DNA of 64,000 nt. It comes from a virus. This document shows, in pieces, positions 53,323-62,954 of the stretch. The stretch is from positions 32,001 to 96,000 of the IMG/VR virus record IMGVR_UViG_3300043411_001314, one strand, 5' to 3'. Position 1 is the first letter of the stretch, and the number at the start of each line of letters is the position of its first letter. Under the pieces are notes generated by a model, which was not told the DNA's origin, searched no databases, and worked only from the letters and a program-made list of their open reading frames with translations. The translations under genes and the position numbers were made by a program.

Positions 53323-53568
53323 CTAACTGACCGGGAGATCGAGAGCCTCGACCCCGGCCTGGGTGATGGTGTACCTGTACTCAAGTCGTTGCCGGTCCCA
53401 GGCCGGCTCAAGGAGCCGGAGCTTGGCGAGGCGCTTGGCCACCCACCTGGACACCGATGGCGGCGATGCCAAGGTGACGTCACCGCCGTAGACCCCGACC
53501 CTGCCGACGTCTTCAGCGGCGACCAGGAGCACGGCCCGTTGGTAGGGGGTGAGGTGGGTCAGACCCAT
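53323..53568 (-). CDS. winged-helix-like hypothetical protein
   Basis: LTPYQRAVL...RLAKLRLLE...YTITQAGVEAL. Confidence 0.55.
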   Translation of the reverse strand: MGLTHLTPYQRAVLLVAAEDVGRVGVYGGDVTLASPPSVSRWVAKRLAKLRLLEPAWDRQRLEYRYTITQAGVEALDLPVS

Positions 53569-55055
53569 ACCCCCTCCTTCTGCTTCATCACTTCGCCGAA
53601 CACGTCCTTCACGTCGGATCCGTCGGTGAGCTTGGACACGTCGGTCACGCTGTCGCACACCGAGGCAAGCGCCGGGGTGACGCCGTAGCCGATCGAGATG
53701 CCCCAGCACCGGAACCCGAGCCGCTGGCGGGCCTCAGCCCATGATGCGGCGAACTCGGAGGAGACCGGGGCGTCGCCGTCGGTGACGAACACGATGTCCC
53801 CAGTTGTCCGGCCGGTGGCCGCATGCTCTTCCTCCAGGGACTGCAGGCCAGTGGCGAGCGGCCCCTCGAACCAGGTGCCGCCATGGAAGACGAACTCGGC
53901 GAACTCCAGCCGCTCCAACACCGTCGGCTCCGGGCCGAAGTCGAACACCCGCTCCTCACCCTTGGAGCCGAAGATGATGGCGGTGAAGCCCCGGTTTTGT
54001 CGGACCGCGACGTCGAGGAGCACCAGGCCGACGGCCCGGGCCCAGATCTCGGGATCCCCCATCATCGAGCCTGAGGAGTCTTCGATGTGGATGATCCGCC
54101 CCTTGGCCTCTCGGGCCCGGGACTGCATCTCGAAGGTGAGAAGCTGCTTGCGGGACCAGCGATCCAGGAAGTCGCCCTCGAGTTCAGGCACGGTGAGCGA
54201 CAGCAGTTCGCTGCCGGTGAGGCGGTTGAGGTCGTCGGACAGGGTGATGTCGGCGATCTCGTCGGGCCCGTTGTCCCACCGGTTGGACTGGGCGGCCCAC
54301 ATCTCGGAGCGGAGCCGGCCGAACATCTCGGTGATCTTCTTCATCCGGTCGGTGGACAGTCGCTGAGCCAGGGCGAGTCGCTCGCCGGCGGACATGCGAG
54401 ATGCCTCACCGGGCTCCAGACCCCACGCTGCAGCTGCAGCGGCAAGCTCCTCGATTTCGTCGGCGGCCTGGCCGGCGGCGGCTCGGGCAGCCTTGGCGAT
54501 GGTGGGGCCGACCCGATCCAGTTCGTCGTCGGCGTTGCGGGCCGATCGCTGTGCCTCGGAGCGAAGATCCCGGAGCCCGGGCCGCTGATCCACGGCACCC
54601 TGGTCGGCGGGGTCGACGCCGGCCGCGGCGCAGGCGTCGGCGTACTCCTGAGCCTTCTCCTCGGCCTCGTCCTGCTTCTTCTGGGCCTCGGCGGATCGCT
54701 CCAGGATCTCCTTGAGGTGGTCGGCGATCTTGGTCACGGCGAGGCCGGCCAGGAACTGGTCGCCCACGGTGTACTGGCGGACGTCGGCCCAGGGTTGGGT
54801 GTCCATCAGCTCGCCCATGACCCTCCGGTTGACCCGGAACGGACGGTCGACGTCCTCGGCCTCGAGCACCTTCGGCGCCGCCTTGTGGAGCGATGTGAAG
54901 GTGTCGGACAGCAGGCGCCCCGCCGTCCACGACAGTTCCTTCAGGGACTCTTCGAGGTCGGGGATCTTGGACACGTCGGTCCGGGCCTTGTCGTAGTCCT
55001 GGACGTCCCAGCGGTCTCGGACCACCACATGCTTCGACTGTTCGATGTCGTCCAT
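53559..55055 (-). CDS. VWA domain protein
   Basis: DSSGSM MIDAS, GGT.F..PL, DIVFVTDG. Confidence 0.9.
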   Translation of the reverse strand: MDDIEQSKHVVVRDRWDVQDYDKARTDVSKIPDLEESLKELSWTAGRLLSDTFTSLHKAAPKVLEAEDVDRPFRVNRRVMGELMDTQPWADVRQYTVGDQFLAGLAVTKIADHLKEILERSAEAQKKQDEAEEKAQEYADACAAAGVDPADQGAVDQRPGLRDLRSEAQRSARNADDELDRVGPTIAKAARAAAGQAADEIEELAAAAAAWGLEPGEASRMSAGERLALAQRLSTDRMKKITEMFGRLRSEMWAAQSNRWDNGPDEIADITLSDDLNRLTGSELLSLTVPELEGDFLDRWSRKQLLTFEMQSRAREAKGRIIHIEDSSGSMMGDPEIWARAVGLVLLDVAVRQNRGFTAIIFGSKGEERVFDFGPEPTVLERLEFAEFVFHGGTWFEGPLATGLQSLEEEHAATGRTTGDIVFVTDGDAPVSSEFAASWAEARQRLGFRCWGISIGYGVTPALASVCDSVTDVSKLTDGSDVKDVFGEVMKQKEGVWV

Positions 55056-55088
55056 CAAGCCTCCATTCCGTAGTAGTATCGCCAAACC

Positions 55089-55259
55089 TTATGAGGCAAC
55101 GCAAGCCTCCATGGCGCCGGCGGCGAGGTTGCGGATGTCGAGGAGCATGTCCACGTGCTCGTTGATGTCGACCAGGCTGCGGCCCGGGGGGATGGCGGCA
55201 AGGTGGACGTCCACCCGGTCCACCACGGCCAGGCAGGTCGTGCAGTCGTCATCAGGCAT
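55089..55259 (-). CDS. small hypothetical protein
   Basis: MPDDDCTTC...VDMLLDIRN; RBS AAGGAG. Confidence 0.55.
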   Translation of the reverse strand: MPDDDCTTCLAVVDRVDVHLAAIPPGRSLVDINEHVDMLLDIRNLAAGAMEACVAS

Positions 55260-56148
55260 GGATGAGCTCCTTGGAATGTTGCGTCTGGGTGATACCAACC
55301 AAGTCCTCGGTCGGTTCGAAGAAGTCGAACGGGCGGACGAAGCCGCCGCGCTTGAGGGACTGGGCCCGGCCTTTCGGGTAGAGATGGACGATGACCCCCT
55401 CACCGTCGTTGGGTCGGTTGTCGTCGAGGTCGCCGTCGACCACGGGATAGCCCTGCCAGGTCGTGGCGCACTCACCCTTGCGGCCGCCCTCGGAGCGGTC
55501 AGCGACCACAGCCACGTTGCGCCCCAGGTCGAGCCGGTCCGAGATGGCGACCGCTGTCGTGCGATGGGTGGCCGAGTAGGTGAGATGGTAGTTGGCCGGC
55601 AGGTCGAGCCGCCCCCAGTCCTTGGTGTAGTCGTAGACCTGGACGCCGGGGAACTCCTCGAACAGCCAGGGTAGTCCCTTCTCCCAGGGGATGTCGGAGA
55701 AGGTGTTCATCCGCACGGCGACAGGCCGGTCGTGGGCGATGCCGTAGCGCACGGCGTTGCGGAACTCGTTGCGAAGCAGGGCGGCGAACACCTCGGCGTA
55801 CTCGGCGAGCAGCTTGGTGCGCACGACCCGGCCCAGGGTGACGCCGGGGTAGGCGCCCTTGCCGTTCTTGGCCACGCAGACCTTGATGCACTCCTTGGTG
55901 GCGTAGGTGCAGGCGTTCATCACGCCGCTGGTCCGATGCTGGGCGAGCGACAGCGTGTAGGTGATCGGTTCGTTCTTGGCCACCTTGGAGTTGTTCTCCT
56001 TGGCCATGAGGTTCGGCGTGGTGGGCGCGAACCCCTCTCGCTCCCGCAGGGCGGCCCAGGTCTCACGGGCGGCGTTCACGGGCGGCAGATCTTCGGGGTC
56101 CAGCCTCGAAAGGCGGGATACCACAGCGCTGGTCGTCAGCATGCTCAT
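55252..56148 (-). CDS. GP88-like protein (radical-SAM-fold related)
   Basis: N.KV.K, NAC.YA...C...C..GKG, VRMN.FSDI.W, YDYTK, NYHLTYS, VVDGD.DD.R. Confidence 0.8.
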   Translation of the reverse strand: MSMLTTSAVVSRLSRLDPEDLPPVNAARETWAALREREGFAPTTPNLMAKENNSKVAKNEPITYTLSLAQHRTSGVMNACTYATKECIKVCVAKNGKGAYPGVTLGRVVRTKLLAEYAEVFAALLRNEFRNAVRYGIAHDRPVAVRMNTFSDIPWEKGLPWLFEEFPGVQVYDYTKDWGRLDLPANYHLTYSATHRTTAVAISDRLDLGRNVAVVADRSEGGRKGECATTWQGYPVVDGDLDDNRPNDGEGVIVHLYPKGRAQSLKRGGFVRPFDFFEPTEDLVGITQTQHSKELIHA

Positions 56149-56167
56149 CCCTTTCTTGGTGCGTGCG

Positions 56168-56204
56168 CGACACCGCCCGCCCCGGGTGAGGGCGGGCGGT
56201 GTCG
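56168..56204. terminator. 15-bp GC stem-loop
   Basis: CGACACCGCCCGCCC-N7-GGGCGGGCGGTGTCG. Confidence 0.55.
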
Positions 56205-56225
56205 AGGTGGTCGTTTGATCGGTGG

Positions 56226-56666
56226 CTAGTAGTCATCCACCCCGTGCATGCCCCCAGTCTCCGACTTCCAATCCTCAGGCACGAGGCGCTCTTGGGTGGT
56301 CCGGGCGACCGCCTGTCGCGCCATCTCCTGGCGCACCCACTCCCGTCGGGCGTCGAACACCACCCGCCGGGCGTCGTTGCCGCGTCCCGACCAGGTGTCG
56401 TCCGGGCCCGAGGCGAGCAGGGCGTTGAGGGTCCCATCACCCACCACTCGCCGGGCCACGTCAGGCTCGAGCCCGGACTCCGTTGCCACGGCGACGGATG
56501 CCTCGATGGCCAGCACCGCCTCGGCGGCGAGTACTCCGTGCGTGGCGTCGGTTAGCTTGTGGGCCTCCCGGCCGGCGACGATGGCCCCCAGCGCCGCCCA
56601 TGCGTCCTGCTTCGCCCGTGCTGCCGAGTCGTGGTAGGCGCTGTTGTTCACGGGGAGCCTGCTCAC
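56226..56666 (-). CDS. hypothetical protein
   Basis: GPDDTWSGRGNDARR..FDA motif; GTGA overlap. Confidence 0.6.
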   Translation of the reverse strand: MSRLPVNNSAYHDSAARAKQDAWAALGAIVAGREAHKLTDATHGVLAAEAVLAIEASVAVATESGLEPDVARRVVGDGTLNALLASGPDDTWSGRGNDARRVVFDARREWVRQEMARQAVARTTQERLVPEDWKSETGGMHGVDDY

Positions 56667-56974
56667 TTCGCGACCTTCCGGCCGTTCCGGACCTTGGTGG
56701 TCTTGGGGCCGGTGATCTTGAGGTAGAGCGCCTTGTCGTCGGTGCGGGTGGCCATGTTGTACTCCGGGAGGTAGGACCGCCGGAGGGTTGTGGCCAACGA
56801 GTCGTTCTGCGTCTTCCGGCCAGCGTTCGGCACGATCACCCACTCGTCGGGGCCGGCGTTGCGGATGGCCTCGGCCAACTGGAGCCACTTCGTGGGCCCT
56901 CCAGTGCGGCCTCGGTGCCGCGTCTCCGGCGGGGTGGTGGTGGTCTTGTAGGTGATGGTCTTGCTCATGTCCAC
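56663..56974 (-). CDS. hypothetical basic protein
   Basis: Coupled ORF, 103 aa. Confidence 0.55.
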   Translation of the reverse strand: MDMSKTITYKTTTTPPETRHRGRTGGPTKWLQLAEAIRNAGPDEWVIVPNAGRKTQNDSLATTLRRSYLPEYNMATRTDDKALYLKITGPKTTKVRNGRKVAK

Positions 56975-57279
56975 TCTCCTTCACGGATGTGCTTGGTGAT
57001 TGCTTCGAACTCGGGGGGGTTGTGGGCCGCGACGTACCGCAGGGCCCGCAGGTGGGTTTCGGATCCGGCGTAGGCACGCCTCACGACATGCAGCCAGACG
57101 TCGGTGTCGTCGTCCCAGTAGTGGACCTCGTCCACCTTCTGGATCTGCCAAGGCCCGTTCTCAGAGCCGGCCGAGTCGAACACGTTCCAGTGTTCTGACT
57201 CGGCGATGTCGGAGTCGACCAGCCGCCAGGCGGCGAACTCGGGGGTGGGCTCGGTCCCCCACACCAGCTCGCTCACCAT
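56965..57279 (-). CDS. hypothetical protein
   Basis: WNVFDS.GS..GPWQIQKVD motif. Confidence 0.6.
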   Translation of the reverse strand: MVSELVWGTEPTPEFAAWRLVDSDIAESEHWNVFDSAGSENGPWQIQKVDEVHYWDDDTDVWLHVVRRAYAGSETHLRALRYVAAHNPPEFEAITKHIREGEWT

Positions 57280-57458
57280 GGCCCGGCCGACAGTCGCTGG
57301 ACGAGCTCGCAGTAGGAGTCGATGCGATCGAGGGCCTCCACCCGCTCCGCCCTGGACACGTCGTCGTTGACCTGCACGAGGGCGGCGTGATCTCGGTAGG
57401 CGCAAGCGTCGGTGAACATCTGGTCGAGGACCTTGCGGTCCAGCACTGAGAGGATCAT
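57273..57458 (-). CDS. hypothetical protein
   Basis: Coupled 61-aa ORF. Confidence 0.5.
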   Translation of the reverse strand: MILSVLDRKVLDQMFTDACAYRDHAALVQVNDDVSRAERVEALDRIDSYCELVQRLSAGPW

Positions 57459-57694
57459 GGGGGTCCTTCCTGGTAGTGGAGGTCCGTGGGTTCGTCGGAG
57501 CGGGCGTGCTCGGCGGCGAAGTGGGTGGAGTCGATGCCGTGGAGGTTGAGTAGTTCGACAACGGCGTCCGCCTCCTGGCAGGTAAAGCGGCCGGCCTCAC
57601 ATGCCAGGGCGTCGGTGATCTCGGCGAGCAGGTGGCGGGTCGCGACCACCGTGGCATGCCACACGGCGCCGGCGACCTCGTCGCACACCCTCAC
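57455..57694 (-). CDS. hypothetical protein
   Basis: FTCQEADAVVEL...H..SDE..DLH motif. Confidence 0.55.
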   Translation of the reverse strand: MRVCDEVAGAVWHATVVATRHLLAEITDALACEAGRFTCQEADAVVELLNLHGIDSTHFAAEHARSDEPTDLHYQEGPP

Positions 57695-58644
57695 GCCGAC
57701 CCCTCGGTACGCATCTTGAGCAGGCACGCCTGCACCTGCTGATCCAGGACGCTGAGCCGGTCGCCGGCGCCGGAGAGCTCCTCGCCGAGCAGGTCCTTGT
57801 AGGACGAGAGCCGGTCCCGGATCTGCTTGGACTGGGTGACGATGCGAGCCAGCTTCGACTCGGACACCGCCTCACCAGCCTTCAACATGGCGGCCAGGTC
57901 CTTCATCATCTCGTCGGCGGCCCGGGTCGATGCCGAGGACACGCCCTCGGACACCATCTGCACCTGGTCAGGGGTGTCGACCAAGGGCAGGGTGTGGAGC
58001 GACACCTGCTCGAGGACCGAAGCGAACGCCGATGCCTTGTGCAGGGCGTCGTCGTTGGTGCGGGGCATGAAGTAGACGCCGCCGGTGGGGCGGACCAGCA
58101 CGCCGTGGTTCTCCTCCAGGGCCCGCTTCAGCACGGTGCGCAGCGACTCGGAGCCGTGCATCCCGACAGCGATCCAGTGGGAGAACTTGCGCTGCATCTC
58201 GGCCACGGCGTCATCGGCCGGCGTGTCCGCCCAGGTGAGGCGGGTGGTGACGAACCGCTTCTCCTTGCGCCGGTACTCGAGGTCGAACACCTCGGCGTAG
58301 TCGAGGCGAGCGTCGTTCTCGTCGACGGTCTCGACCACCACCCGGCGCAGGATCCGCTCCTTGTCGGAGGCGACGTCACGGACCATGATCTTGGCCACAG
58401 TCCCGTCAGGCTGAGGGATGTTGGCCTCACCAGCCTTGGTGACCCGCCGGAAGATGTCGGTGTCGCCGGGCCGGCGGGGCGTGAACTCGGCCAGGCCGGC
58501 AGCGTCGAGCTCGTTCTTGATGGTGTCGTGGGGTACGGGGACGTCCCGCACCGAGTACCAGGCGATGCGCCCCAGGAAGGGGGTGTCGGCGTGGTCGGTG
58601 TTGTAGTCGTCGATGATCGACGTGTCGATGGTTGCAGCAGTCAT
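57691..58644 (-). CDS. DUF6744-like protein
   Basis: LGRIAWYSV, D.FRR.T, VRPTGGVYF.P; neighbour of AAA/VWA genes. Confidence 0.7.
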   Translation of the reverse strand: MTAATIDTSIIDDYNTDHADTPFLGRIAWYSVRDVPVPHDTIKNELDAAGLAEFTPRRPGDTDIFRRVTKAGEANIPQPDGTVAKIMVRDVASDKERILRRVVVETVDENDARLDYAEVFDLEYRRKEKRFVTTRLTWADTPADDAVAEMQRKFSHWIAVGMHGSESLRTVLKRALEENHGVLVRPTGGVYFMPRTNDDALHKASAFASVLEQVSLHTLPLVDTPDQVQMVSEGVSSASTRAADEMMKDLAAMLKAGEAVSESKLARIVTQSKQIRDRLSSYKDLLGEELSGAGDRLSVLDQQVQACLLKMRTEGSA

Positions 58645-58860
58645 GGGGTGACCTTTCCTTCGAGTTCAGTGATGGTGTTCTCGAGTTCGACGATGGTCTT
58701 CAGGAGAGCGTCGATGTGCTCCTCGCGATGGAACACGCGCTGCTCGGAGTCTCGGAGTCGAGCTTCGACCCGGGTGAGGTCGTTCATCAGGGTGTCGATG
58801 TGGTCTCGCAGCAGCCACACCTCACTGGATACCCGGTCGGATGGTCCATCTTCGTGGTCA

Positions 58861-59040
58861 TCAGTCCTCCTTGCCGGTGTAGTAGCGGGGTTCCTGAGCC
58901 TCGTCGTAGATCGCCTGCAGGTCGTAGCTGGCGGTGACGAGGTCCTGCAGCATCTTCGGGTCATCGACCAGATGTCTGGCCACGGACTGAAGATCGGCGA
59001 TCACGTCCTGGATTCGTTGGATGATCTCGTCGGTGTCCAT
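58861..59040 (-). CDS. small hypothetical protein (59 aa)
   Basis: MDTDEIIQRIQDVIADL...; coupled to AAA stop. Confidence 0.55.
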   Translation of the reverse strand: MDTDEIIQRIQDVIADLQSVARHLVDDPKMLQDLVTASYDLQAIYDEAQEPRYYTGKED

Positions 59041-60233
59041 CAGAGCTTCCCACTCCTTGCGAGATCGACGAGCGACGCGGGCCGGGGCAGCCCGTACGCC
59101 TCTCGCTGTACCTGGTCGTTCAGTTCGTCGATGCGCCGGAGGGTGTCCTCGACGGCACGCAGGTCCCGACCCGAGGCCCGCTTCTCCAAGTCGACGGCGC
59201 TGAGGGCCGCCTTCTTGAGCTTGCCCATGATGGCCACGGCCATCTGGTTGCGCTTCGGGTCAGCGTCGTCGAGAGCCAGGGCATCGGTCAGGTCGGTGAG
59301 CAGGCCGGCGGTGGCGTCGGCGAGCTCGTTTGCTTCCTTGCGGAGCGGGGCGCACGCCTCGTACACGATCCCGTTGACAGTGGACCGCTCCTCAGGGTTG
59401 TGCCACAGCATGTGGACCATGAAGTCCAGGTGACCCACCTCGACCTTGTCGTCGCCGGCGAGGAAGGCAGCGGCCTGGGCGATCCGCAGGGTCTTGACGA
59501 GCCGTCGTTCCGACACGTTGATCCCAGCCCGGGTGACACCGGTGACGATCCCGACGATCGCCTCCTCGGCGGCCGGGGTGATCGGGATGTCCCGCACCAC
59601 GGCCTGCGCAGCCTTCACGTCGGCCCAGTCCAGGACCGGGGTGATGTTCGCCGGCGGCTTGGGGAGCCGCAGGAGCCGCAGCCGATCGGCCGGGTCGGTG
59701 ATCGGGGAGACCACCATCCGCAACTCGATGCGGTCGTAGATGGCCTCGAGCTCGGAGTGATCCTGCTGGGGGAGCTCGTTGGATGCGAGGATCGCCGTGC
59801 AGAGCGGGATCTTCTTGGTGAGGCCGTCGTCGGTGAAGGTCCGCTCGTTCGTCGCCTCCAGCAAGGCGTTGAGCAGCGACGATGTGCCTTTCCAAGCCTC
59901 GTCGAAGAAGGCGAAGTCAGCGTCCTGCAGGTACCGCCCCGAGACGGCCCGGATCCGCTGGTCGTTCTTCAGGCCGGCCAGCGACCAGGGCCCGAAGATG
60001 AGGGTGTCGTCGGCGAACTTGGTGAACAGTGCCCGGAACTGCTTGCTCCCGCCGATGAGGGCGTGGGCCAGGTTGGCCAGCATCGACTTGCCCGTACCGG
60101 GCTGGCCGAGCAGGAAGATGTGGGACTCCGACAGGAGCGCCAGGAACAGGGCGTCGATCTCGTCGTCGCGGTTGATGATGTACTTGTTGAGCTCCGTGCG
60201 CAGCGGCACGAAGATGGACGCGTCAACGGACAC
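59040..60233 (-). CDS. MoxR/RavA-type AAA+ ATPase
   Basis: LLGQPGTGKSMLA, FFDEAWK.TS.LLNALL...NER.F, ASNELP, A.YDR, SERR. Confidence 0.92.
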   Translation of the reverse strand: MSVDASIFVPLRTELNKYIINRDDEIDALFLALLSESHIFLLGQPGTGKSMLANLAHALIGGSKQFRALFTKFADDTLIFGPWSLAGLKNDQRIRAVSGRYLQDADFAFFDEAWKGTSSLLNALLEATNERTFTDDGLTKKIPLCTAILASNELPQQDHSELEAIYDRIELRMVVSPITDPADRLRLLRLPKPPANITPVLDWADVKAAQAVVRDIPITPAAEEAIVGIVTGVTRAGINVSERRLVKTLRIAQAAAFLAGDDKVEVGHLDFMVHMLWHNPEERSTVNGIVYEACAPLRKEANELADATAGLLTDLTDALALDDADPKRNQMAVAIMGKLKKAALSAVDLEKRASGRDLRAVEDTLRRIDELNDQVQREAYGLPRPASLVDLARSGKL

Positions 60234-60261
60234 GGTTCCTCCAGTTGGGTTGGGGCAGGGC

Positions 60262-60293
60262 GCAGCGCCCGGTGGTCACCCACCGGGCGCTGC
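60262..60293. terminator. 14-bp stem-loop after ku
   Basis: GCAGCGCCCGGTGG-TCAC-CCACCGGGCGCTGC. Confidence 0.55.
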
Positions 60294-60298
60294 AGGTC

Positions 60299-61132
60299 TC
60301 AGGCAGCCGTGGCGGCCAGGGCCCTGTCGAGCAGGGCGTCGAGGTCGAGGCCGGCGCTGGCAGTAGCAGCGGGGGCGTCGGCCGGGGCGTCACCGGTGGC
60401 TTCGGCGGCCACCTGGTCGATGGCGGCAGCCACGTCGAACGACAGCACCCCGGGATCCCAGTCCTCGAGGTGGCCATCCACGAACTGCGCCAGCTTGCCG
60501 ACGGTGGACTCGGCCACGTCGACCTCGATGACGTCACGATCAGCCAGGTCGTCGGGGTGGGCAAGCTCCTCCAGCACGAGCTGGCCGCCCCACACGCCGA
60601 GCCGGTACAGGCTGGGCGTGCCACGCAGTAGCAGCCGGCCCATCAGGACGACGTCGTTGCGCTTCGAGATGAGCTCACGCCAGACGGCGTACATCTCGAC
60701 GTCGCGATCGGACACCTTCGAGCGGGTCTTGGAGGGGCGGAGGCGGTACGTCTTACCGGACGGCAGGACCTCGTTGTCCACCTGGTCGGCGGGGTACACG
60801 CTCAGTTCGAGCCGGCCCGTCTCCTTGCCGCCGGCCTTGGCGGTGGCGACCTTCTCGGCGTCGACCTTCACCAGCGTGCCGTCGGGCATCTCGCGGGCCC
60901 GGGCCACGTCGGCCGGCAGGTACGGGCCGTGCTTCTCGTCGTCGGGGCAGATGTAGCGCTGCTCCACCCGGACCGGGGTGGCGTGATCCTCGGGGCACAC
61001 CATGCGGGTGGCCGAGTCCTCGACCTTCTTGGGGCGACCTGTGGGCACCAGGTCGAACTTCATCTCGATGATGCCGATCGAAATCGACACCCCGGAGCCA
61101 CCGGACCGTTGGGCTGTTGGTTCGTAACGCAT
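60299..61132 (-). CDS. ku: Ku-like DNA end-binding protein
   Basis: ISIGII...LVP, RVEQRYIC......DVARARE..DGTLV.V, K.Y.L.P, Y......I, LLRG...L..L. Confidence 0.75.
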   Translation of the reverse strand: MRYEPTAQRSGGSGVSISIGIIEMKFDLVPTGRPKKVEDSATRMVCPEDHATPVRVEQRYICPDDEKHGPYLPADVARAREMPDGTLVKVDAEKVATAKAGGKETGRLELSVYPADQVDNEVLPSGKTYRLRPSKTRSKVSDRDVEMYAVWRELISKRNDVVLMGRLLLRGTPSLYRLGVWGGQLVLEELAHPDDLADRDVIEVDVAESTVGKLAQFVDGHLEDWDPGVLSFDVAAAIDQVAAEATGDAPADAPAATASAGLDLDALLDRALAATAA

Positions 61133-61147
61133 GCTTTCTCCTTGGGG

Positions 61148-61432
61148 TCAGGAGTCCTGGTCGAACTCGATCCATGGAAGCGGGATCCTCGTGTAGACGG
61201 CTCCGATGACCAGCCGCTGCTGGTTCTCGTCGATCAGGTACTTGATGGTGAACGAGTCGACGTTGAGCGGTTCCAGGGCGTGGGAGCCCAGGTATTCAGC
61301 GACGGACTGGAACAACACCGCTTCGGGTCGCTCGAACCCATCACACGGCACAGTGAACTCGATCATCGTCGGTCGATCCGAGATGATGGACACCATCACC
61401 TCGGGGTTGCTGAGATCAAACATGATCCTCAT
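61148..61432 (-). CDS. hypothetical protein
   Basis: Overlaps upstream ORF; plausible composition. Confidence 0.5.
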   Translation of the reverse strand: MRIMFDLSNPEVMVSIISDRPTMIEFTVPCDGFERPEAVLFQSVAEYLGSHALEPLNVDSFTIKYLIDENQQRLVIGAVYTRIPLPWIEFDQDS

Positions 61433-61691
61433 CTTCCTGCGGCCAGCGGACCCAGAGCCCGTGGACGCCCTTGATTGTGCGGTTCTCGATATCGACGTTG
61501 CTGTCGGCGTACGCCTTTCGGGTGGAGTCGGCGGCGTACTTGGCTGCTCCGGAGCTCTTGTAGGAGAACACCAGACACCAGCTACCCGAGTGGCCCCGGG
61601 CTTCTTCGATGTTGCCCAGGACTGCTTCCGCCTCCTCCGTCTTCTTGCCCCACTTCGGTGGGAGTGTTTCACGCACTTCAAGGATGGCCAT
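61416..61691 (-). CDS. hypothetical protein
   Basis: RBS GAAAGGAAA. Confidence 0.6.
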   Translation of the reverse strand: MAILEVRETLPPKWGKKTEEAEAVLGNIEEARGHSGSWCLVFSYKSSGAAKYAADSTRKAYADSNVDIENRTIKGVHGLWVRWPQEDEDHV

Positions 61692-61736
61692 GAAGTTTCC
61701 TTTCGTTCGTCGAGGACTGGGACCGTAGCACGGGAG

Positions 61737-62945
61737 TCACGCCGTCCGCACGGGCATCAGGAGCCGGCGGGACCGTTCCTGGTTGGCACCCTCGGTGCAG
61801 CCCAGGTGACGGTCGCTGACCACCGGCCTCAAGGCGTCGATGCCGTCGATGGCGACGATGCCGTTCGGGTCGGGGAGCGCCCCGTCGAGGACGTCCAGCA
61901 GGAAGTCGGGGTTGAACCCGATGACCACGCTGTCGTCGCGGAACTTCACACCGGGCAGCGGCACCCTCCCGCTGAGGCCGTTGATCCCGCCTCGGAGCTC
62001 GACGGTCTTGTCGTCGAGCTCGCACACCACCACCGGGGTGTTCGCCTCGAGCCCGCCGGCCAGGGCCTTGACGCCGGCGACGAACGCATCACGAGGGCCC
62101 TCCAACCGCCACCGCATGTCCTCGGCGGGGGGCATCAGCTTCTCGAAGTTGGGGAACTCACCTTCGACGAGCCGGCAAGTCACATCCCAGCGGCCGTCGC
62201 TGGCGTCGGTCCACCGGAAGGAGCAGTGGTTGTCGCTCCGGTCGACCCACACCGACGGGGTCTTGCCGGCCAGCTTCACCATCACGGTGATGCCACCCAC
62301 CGGCACCAGCATCCCGTCCTCGTCGGCGACCGGGCTGGTGAGCACGTTCTCGACGAGGTGGTACGAGTCGGTGGCCACCAGGCTGGTTCCCTTGAACAGG
62401 ACACAGTTCAGGATGGGCCGGGCCGTGTCCGCCGAAGCGAACTTGGCCGTGTCGCAGAGCACGTCGACCGAGAGCGAGCCCTGGCCGGCGATCGGGGAGA
62501 CGGGCAGGGCCGGGTACTCCTCGGCGGGGTGACGGTGGATCGGGATGGATGCCAGCCCGACGGTGACGGTGACGGCGTCCTCGTTCCACGACGTTTTGCC
62601 GCCGAGCTCGAAGGTGACCGGCCCGAACTTGGCTCCCCGCACCTGCTTCAGCGCGTCGGCGAGAGGCTTGCGGGCGATCACCACCGGGCCGGTTAGGTCG
62701 AGGAGGTCGGGGTCCGCCGCAGGCACCTCGACCCGGACCGTGGTCTCGAGGTCGGTGATGGTGAACAGCACCCGGCCCGGGTCGTCGGCGGGCTCGACCT
62801 TGATCGAGTTAAGCACCGGCATGTAGGTGTTCCGGCTCAGCTTCGTGGTGGACGACAGCAGCTTCTTCAGCCAGGGCCCGTCCACGGCGAAGGTCTCACC
62901 GGTCCGGGGGTCGACGTCCGTGGGGTTGTCTTCGACGATGGTCAT
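61737..62945 (-). CDS. dnaN: DNA polymerase III beta sliding clamp
   Basis: PVLNSI...TDLE, AEEYPALP, FASAD.ARPILN.V, VATDSY.L, RLVEGEFPNF, IGFNP.FLLD.L, LLMPVR. Confidence 0.92.
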   Translation of the reverse strand: MTIVEDNPTDVDPRTGETFAVDGPWLKKLLSSTTKLSRNTYMPVLNSIKVEPADDPGRVLFTITDLETTVRVEVPAADPDLLDLTGPVVIARKPLADALKQVRGAKFGPVTFELGGKTSWNEDAVTVTVGLASIPIHRHPAEEYPALPVSPIAGQGSLSVDVLCDTAKFASADTARPILNCVLFKGTSLVATDSYHLVENVLTSPVADEDGMLVPVGGITVMVKLAGKTPSVWVDRSDNHCSFRWTDASDGRWDVTCRLVEGEFPNFEKLMPPAEDMRWRLEGPRDAFVAGVKALAGGLEANTPVVVCELDDKTVELRGGINGLSGRVPLPGVKFRDDSVVIGFNPDFLLDVLDGALPDPNGIVAIDGIDALRPVVSDRHLGCTEGANQERSRRLLMPVRTA

Positions 62946-62954
62946 GTGTTCCTC

